32,000 nucleotides of DNA from Zymomonas mobilis subsp. mobilis ATCC 10988 (GCF_000175255.2 NC_017262.1:1800001-1832000); one strand, 5' to 3'; positions 10,891 to 19,930 are shown, counted from the first letter of the stretch. Translations and numbers: made by a program. Notes: a model not told the origin generated them from the letters alone.

Positions 10891-11595
10891 TTATAATTTG
10901 CCTTGCCATCCATTCGCATAATCTTGAACGATCATGGTAACAATAGCCTTGGCGACCTCATCGGGCGAGCGCAACAAATCGGCCTTTTCATCGGGAAAAG
11001 CGCGCTTTCGTCCTTCTGTTGCTACCGCTTCTAATTCAGCCAAAGCGACTTTGATAGTATCCCGTTCCGCGTTTTCTGCTCCATAAGACAGTAATATCGC
11101 CTCCATCGCCATTTTGGAGGCATAGTAACTGCCATTATAGGGGTAGGGCGCTTGGCTCTTGGGAAGGGTTAAACCGACGATATGCGCGGATCGGCTTTCT
11201 TGAATAAGTGGATCAAAACGGCTCAATAAATCTTGTGTCGCTAACGCATTGACCGCCAACATCTGTTGAAGGGCGGGGGATGCCGCCGCAATAGAAGGCT
11301 GTGCCTCATATCGGGCAGCCGCAAAAACCATAATGTCCAAAGCAGGCCATCTACCCGAAATAGCCGCCGCTAAATGATGGCAACTGCCCGAATTCGTAAT
11401 ATCCAACGGGGCAATCGTCGCTGATCCGCCTTTTTGATAAATCTGTTCTTCGACTTTATCGAGATCGGTTGCCGTTCTCGCAACCAGAATGACATGCGCC
11501 CCCGCTTCAGCCAACGCTTTGGCGGTTGCCGCACCAATCCCGCGACTGGCACCGGTGACAAGGGCAATTTGATCGGAAAGAGGTCGATGGGTCAT
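10891..11595 (-). CDS. Short-chain dehydrogenase/reductase family oxidoreductase
   Basis: 'ALVTGASRGIGAATAKALAEAGAHVILVART' Rossmann motif and 'YYASKMA' (YxxxK). Confidence 0.93.
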   Translation of the reverse strand: MTHRPLSDQIALVTGASRGIGAATAKALAEAGAHVILVARTATDLDKVEEQIYQKGGSATIAPLDITNSGSCHHLAAAISGRWPALDIMVFAAARYEAQPSIAAASPALQQMLAVNALATQDLLSRFDPLIQESRSAHIVGLTLPKSQAPYPYNGSYYASKMAMEAILLSYGAENAERDTIKVALAELEAVATEGRKRAFPDEKADLLRSPDEVAKAIVTMIVQDYANGWQGKL

Positions 11596-11915
11596 AGGCT
11601 TCTTATGGTTAAAATATCATTTCAATAAAATGAATAAAAAATTTTCTAACAAAATAGAAAATAAGAAAAATACATTTCCCTATTTTCATAAGAGCCATAA
11701 AAAGAAATGAAAAACAGATTCCGCCAATAACTCAAAATGACGGAGCAAGCGTTACTTTTTAACCGCTATTTTGAAACCACAAATAATCTTATTCTGGTCG
11801 GAATAACTAAAAAGAGAAAACAGAGAAGAAAAAGAAGTACCGGCGACATATTTTGAGAACAGAATAGCCTCCGATAAAACAGCCCCCAACCATGAAACAG
11901 AACAACACTTAAATA

Positions 11916-11943
11916 AGTACAATCTACCTATGCGGCAGTGAAC
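11916..11943 (-). repeat. Degenerate trailer-end CRISPR repeat
   Basis: AGTACAATCTACCTATGCGGCAGTGAAC. The final 13 bases match the consensus exactly; 7 mismatches lie in the first 15 positions. Confidence 0.9.
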
Positions 11944-12426
11944 GGGAATGATGGAGCCGGATCAGGCTGGGATATTTTCTAAGCTGCCTGTGCGGCAGTG
12001 AACAGCTATTTTGCTTAAGCGCAATCTCATCATGGGTTTCTAAGCTGCCTGTGCGGCAGTGAACAAGCGATGGGGTCGTATCTGCATTTTCTGTTATTTT
12101 CTAAGCTGCCTGTGCGGCAGTGAACTCGTCGCGCCACTGTCGCCGACCATCCCTTCAGTTTCTAAGCTGCCTGTGCGGCAGTGAACGATTTGGCTGACCG
12201 GTTACATGATCTCGATGCTTTCTAAGCTGCCTGTGCGGCAGTGAACACGGTTGACCATGTTGGTGACCAGACTTTTACTTTCTAAGCTGCCTGTGCGGCA
12301 GTGAACTTTTAAGGAGCGGGGTAAAACTACCCCGTTTTTTTCTAAGCTGCCTGTGCGGCAGTGAACTTCAGACGATTATCCAAGGGAGTTTAAGCGGTTT
12401 TCTAAGCTGCCTGTGCGGCAGTGAAC
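11916..12426 (-). CRISPR. CRISPR array, type I-F-like repeat; 8 canonical 28-bp repeats, 1 degenerate terminal repeat, 8 spacers of 32-33 bp
   Basis: Plus-strand unit TTTCTAAGCTGCCTGTGCGGCAGTGAAC, i.e. GTTCACTGCCGCACAGGCAGCTTAGAAA on the minus strand. Repeat starts at 11916 (degenerate), 11976, 12037, 12098, 12159, 12219, 12279, 12339 and 12399. The CTGCC/GGCAG hairpin is typical of I-F. The degenerate repeat at the low-coordinate end marks the trailer, so transcription is expected on the minus strand. Confidence 0.98.
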
Positions 12427-12468
12427 TAGGCTCAGGACCTGTTAATTTCTTGAGTTGAGCGGGCTGTT

Positions 12469-12870
12469 GTGATTCACAGGTTTACCGATGGAGGTGAAGC
12501 TGTGAGTGACGTGTTTTTGCTGTCTGAGCACCAGATGGAACGGATTAAGCCGTTTTTTCCACTGGCGCATGGTGTGCCGCGTGTCGATGACCGTCGTGTC
12601 CTGAGCGGGATCGTTTACGTGATCCGCAACGGCCTTCAGTGGAAAGACGCCCCGAAAGCGTATGGCCCGCACAAGACTTTATACAACCGGTTTATCCGGT
12701 GGAGCCGCCTGGGTGTCTTTGACCGGATCTTCGTCGCCCTGACGGAGCAGGCAGGCCGTTCGAAGCGTCTGATGATCGATGCAACACATCTGAAAGCACA
12801 CCGGACAGCGGCCTCCCTGCTCAAAAAGGGGCTTTTCCCCGCCATATCGGACGCACGAAAGGCGGACTGA
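12469..12870 (+). CDS. IS5-family transposase, N-terminal reading frame (orfA)
   Basis: 'LSEHQMERIKPFFPLAHGVPRVDDRRVLSGIVYVIRNGLQWKDAPKAYGPHKTLYNRFIRWSRLGVFDRI' (DUF4096-like N-terminus), then 'MIDATHLKAHRTAASLLKKG'. Confidence 0.93.
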   Translation: MIHRFTDGGEAVSDVFLLSEHQMERIKPFFPLAHGVPRVDDRRVLSGIVYVIRNGLQWKDAPKAYGPHKTLYNRFIRWSRLGVFDRIFVALTEQAGRSKRLMIDATHLKAHRTAASLLKKGLFPAISDARKAD

Positions 12871-13265
12871 ACTCAAAGCTTCACGCTGTATGCGATAGTC
12901 AGGGCCGCCCTGTCCGGCTGCATCTGACCGCAGGTCAGGTCAGTGACTTCAAAGGCGCGGATGTTCTGCTGGCAAATCTGCCGGAAGAAACACAAGAAAT
13001 TCTCGGGGACCGGGGATACGACAGTAATAAAATCAGACAGTCTCTCGCAGACCGGAATATCACCGCCTGTATTCCGCCGAAGAAGAACCGGAAATCAAAG
13101 CCGCCTTACGACTGGCATCTGTATAAAAAGCGTCACCTCATCGAAAATATGTTCGCAAAGCTCAAAGACTGGCGGCGTGTCGCAACACGATACGACCGGT
13201 GCGCTCACACATTCATGTCAGCAATCCATATCGCAGCAAGTTTCATCTTCTATCTCAAAGAATGA
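12843..13265 (+). CDS. IS5-family transposase, C-terminal part in the -1 frame (orfB, no own start required)
   Basis: The -1 frame reads ...HIGRTKGGLNSKLHAVCDSQGRPVRLHLTAGQVSDFKGADVLLANLPEETQEILGDRGYDSNKIRQSLADRNITACIPPKKNRKSKPPYDWHLYKKRHLIENMFAKLKDWRRVATRYDRCAHTFMSAIHIAASFIFYLKE*. The track's 12943..13272 ORF is a different, spurious frame. Confidence 0.88.
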   Translation, partial: HIGRTKGGLNSKLHAVCDSQGRPVRLHLTAGQVSDFKGADVLLANLPEETQEILGDRGYDSNKIRQSLADRNITACIPPKKNRKSKPPYDWHLYKKRHLIENMFAKLKDWRRVATRYDRCAHTFMSAIHIAASFIFYLKE

Positions 13266-13277
13266 GTCCTGAGCCTA

Positions 13278-13440
13278 GAGTAAATAATTAAAAATCCCCC
13301 TAAATGAAAGGAATATCGGGCAAAAATAGCCAAATAACCCTAAAAATAGAGCCTATTTTTAACCTATTGATTTTAAAGGATTTTTTTTGCATGCCCAAAA
13401 AAGAGGGTCAAATAAAGGGTCAAAAAGACTTCACGATGTC
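13278..13440 (-). promoter_or_regulatory. Presumed CRISPR leader, displaced from the array by the IS element
   Basis: AT-rich non-coding DNA on the far side of the IS. Without the IS and one TA it would directly abut the leader-proximal repeat. Boundaries are approximate. Confidence 0.6.
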
Positions 13441-13692
13441 AAAAAACAGATCGCGATCTTAACGCTTCTTTTGGCTTTTACAAAAGGAAACGATCGGAAA
13501 TTATGGCAAGAATGAAATTAGGTTATCTATTTACCCCATATCCTACCGATCATAATTATTCCGATTGACCCATAAAAACCTCATTCTCACTGTCTCCTTT
13601 GCAAAAGGAATAGGCCTTTTTATCTCGACTTCTAGAATAGAAAAAAGCCTAAAATTGGCCGCTTAAAACTTACTTCTCGTCAATAATCATCA

Positions 13693-13724
13693 ATAAAAAA
13701 GGGAGCCTTTTCACGGACTCCCTC
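13693..13724 (-). terminator. Intrinsic terminator downstream of purF
   Basis: The minus strand reads GGGAGTCCGTGAAAAGGCTCCCTTTTTT: GGGAG/CTCCC stem with inner CC/GG pairing, then a T-tract. Confidence 0.8.
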
Positions 13725-13750
13725 TTTCAAATCTCAATATATTTGAGCGA

Positions 13751-15277
13751 TTAGGCGATAGCCACCTGTTCGGATAAACGAACCAGTTGTTCGCTAGCAC
13801 CCAATTCGCCAAGATCGGTCAGGGGCGTGGGATAGGCACCCGTAAAGCAAGCATCACAATATTGCGGCTGAGCATCATTGCGACCCTCTTCACCGACCGC
13901 ACGATAAAGGCCATCCATCGAAATAAAAGCTAAACTATCAGCGCCGATATATTCTGCCATCTGTTCGACAGTCATTTTAGCCGCCAACAATTTTGCCCGC
14001 TCCGGCGTATCTACACCATAAAAACAGCTATGACGGGTCGGTGGGCTGGCAATCCGCAAATGGATTTCCTTGGCACCCGCATCCCGAAGCATTCTGATGA
14101 TTTTGACGCTGGTTGTGCCTCTGACAATAGAGTCATCAACTAGAACCAACTTCTTGCCTTTAATCAAGGCACGGTTGGCATTGTGCTTCAGCTTCACGCC
14201 CAAATGACGGACTTGATCGCCCGGCTGAATAAAGGTGCGTCCAACATAATGGGAACGGATAATACCCAATTCAAACGGCAAAGAAGATTGCTGGGCATAA
14301 CCGATAGCGGCAGGCGTTCCTGAATCTGGCACAGGAATAACCATATCGGCATCAACCGGATTTTCGCGCGCCAATTCGATCCCGATAGATTTCCGAACGG
14401 AATAAACCGAGGTGCTACCGATCAAAGAATCCGGTCTCGAAAAATAGACATGCTCGAAAATGCAGGGGCGAGGCTTCTGCTTTTTAAAGGGATGAATAGA
14501 TTGCAGCCCTTTTTCCGAAATAATAATCAGCTCACCCGGTTCGACCTGACGGATATAGGTTCCGCCAATAATATCGAGAGCAACCGTTTCGGAAGCGACA
14601 ACAAAAGTTTCCCCGACTTTACCGAGAACCAGCGGGCGAATACCCAGCGGATCACGACAGGCAATCATGCCTTCCGGCGTCAGACAGACGAGAGAATAAG
14701 CGCCCTCAACCTGTTTTAAAGCATCAATGAATCGGTCTAACAGGCTGCGATAGCTTGAGGTCGCAACCAGATGGATAATCGTTTCAGTATCCGACGTGGA
14801 TTGAAAGATAGATCCATGACGCACCAACTGATGGCGCAAAGTTTCGGCATTGGAAATATTGCCGTTATGAGCAATCGCAAATCCGCCCGAAACCAGTTCG
14901 GCATAAAGCGGCTGAACATTGCACAAGGTGCTGGCACCGGTGGTTGCATAGCGGACATGGCCGATAGCACATGATCCGGGCAAGCTGCGGATAGCATCGT
15001 CACGGTCAAAGTTACCCGCAACGTGACCAACAGCACGACGGGAGTGGAAATTTTTCCCATCCCAGCTGGTGATACCGGCGGCTTCCTGTCCGCGATGCTG
15101 TAAAGCATGTAGTCCGAGAGCTACGACGGCAGCGGCTGTATCTGCGCCCCAAATACCGAAAACACCACATTCTTCATGAAGGGTATCATCAGATGCCCCA
15201 TTATCTAAAGATTCAGTTGTCGTCGTCAGGGTAGAGATAGAGTCGGAAAAGAGTTCGCTCGAAAGGCTAGGCGACAT
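13751..15277 (-). CDS. purF: Amidophosphoribosyltransferase
   Basis: 'EECGVFGIWG' N-terminal nucleophile Cys, 'LQHRGQEAAGI', 'VLVDDSIVRGTTSVKII' PRPP-binding motif. Confidence 0.98.
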   Translation of the reverse strand: MSPSLSSELFSDSISTLTTTTESLDNGASDDTLHEECGVFGIWGADTAAAVVALGLHALQHRGQEAAGITSWDGKNFHSRRAVGHVAGNFDRDDAIRSLPGSCAIGHVRYATTGASTLCNVQPLYAELVSGGFAIAHNGNISNAETLRHQLVRHGSIFQSTSDTETIIHLVATSSYRSLLDRFIDALKQVEGAYSLVCLTPEGMIACRDPLGIRPLVLGKVGETFVVASETVALDIIGGTYIRQVEPGELIIISEKGLQSIHPFKKQKPRPCIFEHVYFSRPDSLIGSTSVYSVRKSIGIELARENPVDADMVIPVPDSGTPAAIGYAQQSSLPFELGIIRSHYVGRTFIQPGDQVRHLGVKLKHNANRALIKGKKLVLVDDSIVRGTTSVKIIRMLRDAGAKEIHLRIASPPTRHSCFYGVDTPERAKLLAAKMTVEQMAEYIGADSLAFISMDGLYRAVGEEGRNDAQPQYCDACFTGAYPTPLTDLGELGASEQLVRLSEQVAIA

Positions 15278-15699
15278 ATTTCAATCCGGCTGAAATTATC
15301 AGGTTGGGGGATAATACGCTTTTTTAACGGATTTGTCCTCCCCATTCTGATTAATTTTTAAGCAACGATTTCCAAGAAAAAAGGAGGCCACTTTACTGAT
15401 ATAAGATAATCACAGCGCCCATTACATAAAATCTCGTTTTTTATAATAAGCGATTGAATAATATCCCGTTTTTCTTTTCAAAAACAAAAAATCGGGAATA
15501 TTTTTGTTACTTACGCGTGATTAGGAAGCACTCAAATAGTATGACAGATTTAAGACAAACAAAAATATCTGATGCTCACCCGCTATCAGGATATAGTCTC
15601 TTTTAAAGAGAAGATACCCTGATTCTTTTTTGATTTTAAAATTTTACCGCGTTATTTTTTCATTATAGTAATCAATATTCTTTCTAAAAACCATTCTCA

Positions 15700-17088
15700 T
15701 CAAGACAAGATATGAGGCTGCGCCCAATCACATTCCTGATAGATAAAATCGAGATTTCCGGTTTGGTGATAGCGCGCCAATAATCTGTCAGAAAGGCTTT
15801 GACCGCTTTCTAAAATCTCACCTATCGGAGCCAAATAGCGGCTTTCATCCTGACCTTTGTCATTCAAAATAGCCCGTCTTTTCAAAGCGTCATTCATCAG
15901 TGGCCAAAGCTGTCGTCCCAAATCAAGCAAAGATTGGCGACCTCCAATCAGGGTTTTTAAACCTTTTTTCGGCACTTCATTCCGCAAGTTTCGATAGTCA
16001 TCCATGCTCCAGCTTTTGATAATATCTGAAGCGGTATCCAGTAATTCGGAATCGTAAAGGATGCTGATCCAAAAAGCGCTTAAAGCGGGCGACATCATCG
16101 CCGAAGCCCCATCTGCCCCTCTCATTTCAAGATAGCTTTTCAGGCGCACTTCAGGAAAAGCCGTAGAAAGATGGTCAACCCAATCTGATAATATTGGCTT
16201 TTCGTTGGGGAGGGCAGGTAACTCGCCCCTCAAGAAAGCGCGGAAATCCTGACCAGACGCATCAATATAGCGGCCATCCCGATAGACGAAATACATTGGA
16301 ACCGACAGCATATAGTCAATATAGCGTTCATAGCCGAAATCATCATCAAAGACGAAAGGCAAAATACCCGTGCGATGGGGATCAGTATCCGTCCATATAT
16401 GGCTGCGATAGGATGAAAAGCCGTTAGGGCGTCCTTCCAAAAAAGGCGAATTAGCAAAAAGAGCGGTTGCCAAAGGCTGTAATGCCAAGGAAACTCGAAA
16501 TTTTTTGACCATATCCGCTTCGCTGCCATAATCGATATTGGATTGAATAGTGCAGGTGCGAAGCATCATATCCAGACCGAGCTTGCCAACTTTTGGCATA
16601 TATTTGGTCATGATTTTATAACGGCCTTTAGGCATTAAAGGCAGGTCGCTACGCTTTTTGTCAGGCCAAAGACCCAATCCCAAAAAGCCTAATCCTAATT
16701 CATCGCCAACTTCTTGTGTTTGCTGGATATGGCGACATATTTCGTCATAGCTTTCATGGATAGTGCTACGAGGCGCGCCCGAAAGTTCAAACTGGCCTGC
16801 TGGTTCAAGGCTGATCGCGCCGTCATCTCCACTTAGGCCGATAATTTTATCATTTTCGTAAATCGGCTGCCAACCAAAGCGGGTAAATCCTTGTAACAGA
16901 TCACAAATGCCGCCTTTTTCTTCATAGGAAGGGGCTTGATGGTTCTGTTTTTTATAAACCAGTTTTTCATGCTCTGTGCCAACGCGCCATTGCGCCTTCG
17001 GTTTTTCACCAGCCTGAAAAATCCGTAAGAGATCATCGCGACTTTCAATCGGATGATTTTGGCTGCTGGATGTCTGACGCGTGCTCAT
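15700..17088 (-). CDS. gshA: Glutamate-cysteine ligase (plant/alphaproteobacterial type)
   Basis: 'WRVGTEHEKLVY', 'GLSGDDGAISLEPAGQFELSGAPRSTIHE', 'MLRTCTIQSNIDY'. The start at MSTRQTSS is chosen as likelier than the 17115 track start. Confidence 0.92.
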   Translation of the reverse strand: MSTRQTSSSQNHPIESRDDLLRIFQAGEKPKAQWRVGTEHEKLVYKKQNHQAPSYEEKGGICDLLQGFTRFGWQPIYENDKIIGLSGDDGAISLEPAGQFELSGAPRSTIHESYDEICRHIQQTQEVGDELGLGFLGLGLWPDKKRSDLPLMPKGRYKIMTKYMPKVGKLGLDMMLRTCTIQSNIDYGSEADMVKKFRVSLALQPLATALFANSPFLEGRPNGFSSYRSHIWTDTDPHRTGILPFVFDDDFGYERYIDYMLSVPMYFVYRDGRYIDASGQDFRAFLRGELPALPNEKPILSDWVDHLSTAFPEVRLKSYLEMRGADGASAMMSPALSAFWISILYDSELLDTASDIIKSWSMDDYRNLRNEVPKKGLKTLIGGRQSLLDLGRQLWPLMNDALKRRAILNDKGQDESRYLAPIGEILESGQSLSDRLLARYHQTGNLDFIYQECDWAQPHILS

Positions 17089-17394
17089 AACACAAGATAT
17101 AGTCCCTCTATCCAAAGGCTGCCAATCTATTTAGTCGCAACTTTTAGTCCGCTCTGATAGATTTTTTCTATAGATGGATTGAATTATACTAGAGTGAAAA
17201 TTATTATTTAAAGGCATAGCAAGGATATTGCTTTGTTGCCGCCTGATCTTCGGATTTCCCCGAAATGGATCGCACTCCCCAACGGGCTTGAACAAAGCCT
17301 ATCAAAAAACACGCATCCCGCACCATATCAAGGCAAGATATTAGGCCGCTTTCAGTAAATCTTTTCTGATAATGCTATCTTTTACCAATGGTTT

Positions 17395-18165
17395 TTACAG
17401 ATTGGCCTGTCTTGGTTGTTTTTGCCAATCTCCGGCGGCGGCCATCCATAAAGCAGTTGCTGCAATAGCCGCCGTATCCGCTCTAAGAATACGGGGGCCT
17501 AAAGATACCGGAACGGCTTGTTTTACGGCGTTAATCATGTCCCGTTCTTGATCGGTGAAACCTCCCTCAGGACCCACCAAAATAGCCGCCGCCATTTTCC
17601 TTTTGGAAAGGGCTTCAATCATAGGTTCGCCACCCGTCTCATCAGCAAAGAAAAGCGCCCGATCTTCCGGCCATTCCGCTAACAGAGATTTTAAAGAACA
17701 GGCCTCTGTCACTTCTGATAGGCTGGTTCGACCGCATTGTTCTGCGGCTTCGACAATATGTGCCTGTAATCTTTCAAGATTGACCCGATCGACAATTGTC
17801 CGCTGAGTTATAACCGGTGTGATGCGAGCTACACCTAATTCACAGGCCTTCTCATAAATCCAATCAATCCGGCCTTTTTTAATAGGCGCGGTCAATAGCC
17901 ATAAGTCAGGAATAGATTCTTTTTCATTGAGATGATGCGTAATTTTCAGCTGTAAATGTTTCCGGCCAGCCTCAATCACTTCGCCCAGCCATTCGCCGGT
18001 AAGATTATCGAAAAGAACAAGCTGACTTCCCATTTTAAAACGCATAACCGACAGAAGATAATGCGCCTGCGCCCGATCAGGGGTAATAACCGCCTCCAAA
18101 GAGAGCTTTTCTTCAACATAGAGGCGGGGCAGGGTGTTTACAGGCCAAGCCGGTTCAGCGACCAT
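17395..18165 (-). CDS. rsmE: 16S rRNA (uracil1498-N3)-methyltransferase
   Basis: 'AAILVGPEGGFTDQERDMI' and 'SLGPRILRADTAAIAATALW' SPOUT/RsmE motifs. Confidence 0.95.
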   Translation of the reverse strand: MVAEPAWPVNTLPRLYVEEKLSLEAVITPDRAQAHYLLSVMRFKMGSQLVLFDNLTGEWLGEVIEAGRKHLQLKITHHLNEKESIPDLWLLTAPIKKGRIDWIYEKACELGVARITPVITQRTIVDRVNLERLQAHIVEAAEQCGRTSLSEVTEACSLKSLLAEWPEDRALFFADETGGEPMIEALSKRKMAAAILVGPEGGFTDQERDMINAVKQAVPVSLGPRILRADTAAIAATALWMAAAGDWQKQPRQANL

Positions 18166-18472
18166 AGGAAATTCTTCTTCTCGTTAACATCTTTGCCCTC
18201 ACCTAAAGGAAGGTCATAACGGCTTCAACCGTAATCCTTTTTCAGCTTTTTCGGCGTGGCATTCTACCAGCAAGACAATATTACAATAATGTCTATTATT
18301 TATGCTTATTGGTTTATCTTAAGCGGTTTTAAAACCGAAAAATCTTAAAATAAGGTATTGTACATATTTCAAGCCCAATAAAGGGAAGACGCGACATCTC
18401 AATAAACTGAATGCTCGCAATGCGGCGTCCAATAGAAAGGCCTTTTTACCTTTCTTTTAACATGCCCCTCAT

Positions 18473-19444
18473 CTAACCGTGCAAATAGCCAAGCCGGTCA
18501 GGCTGTTTAATCGGCTCCGCACCATAAAAAAGAGACAAGCCACTGCCTGCCGTTAATTGTCCTACCCTATATAGGTCGAATTGCTTTTCTTTGGACAGCT
18601 TTAATAGCTCTTGTCGCTTATTAGCTGCGCAAGCCATAATCAGCTGATAATCATCGCCTGCCGTTACAGCCTGTAGTCGGGTCGATTTTGTATCACCAAA
18701 ACAGCTTATCGCTTCGGATGAAAGCGGCACTCTATCCAAACGGATACGAACCGCCAAGCCGCTGGCATTGGCAATTCTCTCGGCATCAATCAGTAGACCA
18801 TCGGAAATATCAGCCATGGCATGGACATGCGGCGCTAACCAAATGCCTTCTTTTAAACGAGGCTCTGGCGAACGATAGGCCTGCACCAATTTTTCTTGAG
18901 CCGAATGGTTGATATTTTTTTTCTGTTTAAGAAGATTCAATCCAAAACCAGCATCACCAATAGGCGAGGTCACCCATAACTCGTCACCTTCTTTGGCCGC
19001 GCGCCGATCAGGCACACCACAAGACGGCGCAAGACCAATCACGGTCATTGCCGAAAAATGACCCGTATGCCGGGGAACCGCGACGGTATCACCGCCTAAT
19101 AAAGGAAGGTTATATTGATGACAGACAGATTCCAGACCTTTTAAAAAAGCCTGATCCCATTTGTAATCGGGGCCCAAACTATAGCCCATCAAAGCCCCGA
19201 TAGGCTTTGCCCCTTTGGCTGCCAGATCAGAAAGATTAACGCCGACCAGCTTTTGTGCGACAGTTTCCGGCGGATCACTGGGGAAATAATGGACATTTTC
19301 CACAATAATATCATGGGACAACACCAAATCACCCGATGGGCGAGGCAGAACCGCCGCATCATCGGACAGATTTCGGGCGGCCGGATCTCCGGCAATCTGG
19401 CGTAACGCCGTGATAAAAGCCTGTTCCCGACCGGACATTGTCAT
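18473..19444 (-). CDS. thiL: Thiamine-monophosphate kinase
   Basis: 'LSDDAAVLPRPSGDLVLSHDIIVENVHY', 'VGVNLSDLAAKGAKPIGAL', 'MADISDGLLIDAERIA'. Confidence 0.96.
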   Translation of the reverse strand: MTMSGREQAFITALRQIAGDPAARNLSDDAAVLPRPSGDLVLSHDIIVENVHYFPSDPPETVAQKLVGVNLSDLAAKGAKPIGALMGYSLGPDYKWDQAFLKGLESVCHQYNLPLLGGDTVAVPRHTGHFSAMTVIGLAPSCGVPDRRAAKEGDELWVTSPIGDAGFGLNLLKQKKNINHSAQEKLVQAYRSPEPRLKEGIWLAPHVHAMADISDGLLIDAERIANASGLAVRIRLDRVPLSSEAISCFGDTKSTRLQAVTAGDDYQLIMACAANKRQELLKLSKEKQFDLYRVGQLTAGSGLSLFYGAEPIKQPDRLGYLHG

Positions 19445-19456
19445 CCCTATGATATA

Positions 19457-19930
19457 TTAAGCGTTATTTGATGAACGCAGTTTTTTGGCAACCGTATCCA
19501 GCAAACCGTTTACGAAATTCTTTTCTTGACGGTCATAGAAGGCATTCGCAACGTCAATATATTCGCTGATAACCGTTGCGGTTGGAACATCGGGACGAGC
19601 CAATAATTCATAAGTTCCGGCGCGCAAAATCTGGCGCATCGGACGATCTAAGCGATCGAGGCTCCATCTTTCCGACAGATTTTCAGAAATAACGCGATCT
19701 ATTTCTTCACAACGCGTACCAACCCCTCTGACAATATCGTCAAAAAAGCTCGGTTCGGCCTTGGTATAGGTCGCATCTTCAATCGTCGCGCCTAAACGAT
19801 ACTGATGGAATTCATCCAACAGAATATTGAGCGGCGTTTTTTCCATTTCGCGTTGATAGAGTGCCTGAACGGCAGCCAATCTGGCTGCCGAACGGGCGTT
19901 TTTATGAGGGCGTTTTTGCGTTTGCGCCAT
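19457..19930 (-). CDS. nusB: Transcription antitermination factor NusB
   Basis: 'AARLAAVQALYQREM', 'RPMRQILRAGTYELLARPDVPTATVISEYIDVANAFYDRQEKNFVNGLLD'. Confidence 0.97.
   Translation of the reverse strand: MAQTQKRPHKNARSAARLAAVQALYQREMEKTPLNILLDEFHQYRLGATIEDATYTKAEPSFFDDIVRGVGTRCEEIDRVISENLSERWSLDRLDRPMRQILRAGTYELLARPDVPTATVISEYIDVANAFYDRQEKNFVNGLLDTVAKKLRSSNNA

Larger units (their letters stand above)
12429..13275 (+). mobile_element. IS5-family (IS427-like) insertion sequence, 847 bp
   Basis: Terminal inverted repeats GGCTCAGGAC at 12429 and GTCCTGAGCC ending at 13275, flanked by TA (12427-12428 and 13276-13277). Contains a two-frame IS5-type transposase. Confidence 0.95.

Noticed and set aside
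11596-11915. Search for cas or toxin-antitoxin genes next to the array trailer
   Set aside because: The interval is AT-rich with no ORF or recognisable protein. Treated as plain intergenic DNA.
11944-12398. Self-targeting spacers within the window
   Set aside because: No spacer matched other sequence in the window by eye. A full-genome BLAST is needed, so no claim is made.
12943-13272. Track ORF inside the IS (MTSKARMFCWQICRKKHKKF...)
   Set aside because: Wrong frame. The IS5 transposase C-terminus reads in another frame (GGLNSKLHAVCD...FIFYLKE*) ending at 13265, in the -1 frame relative to orfA.
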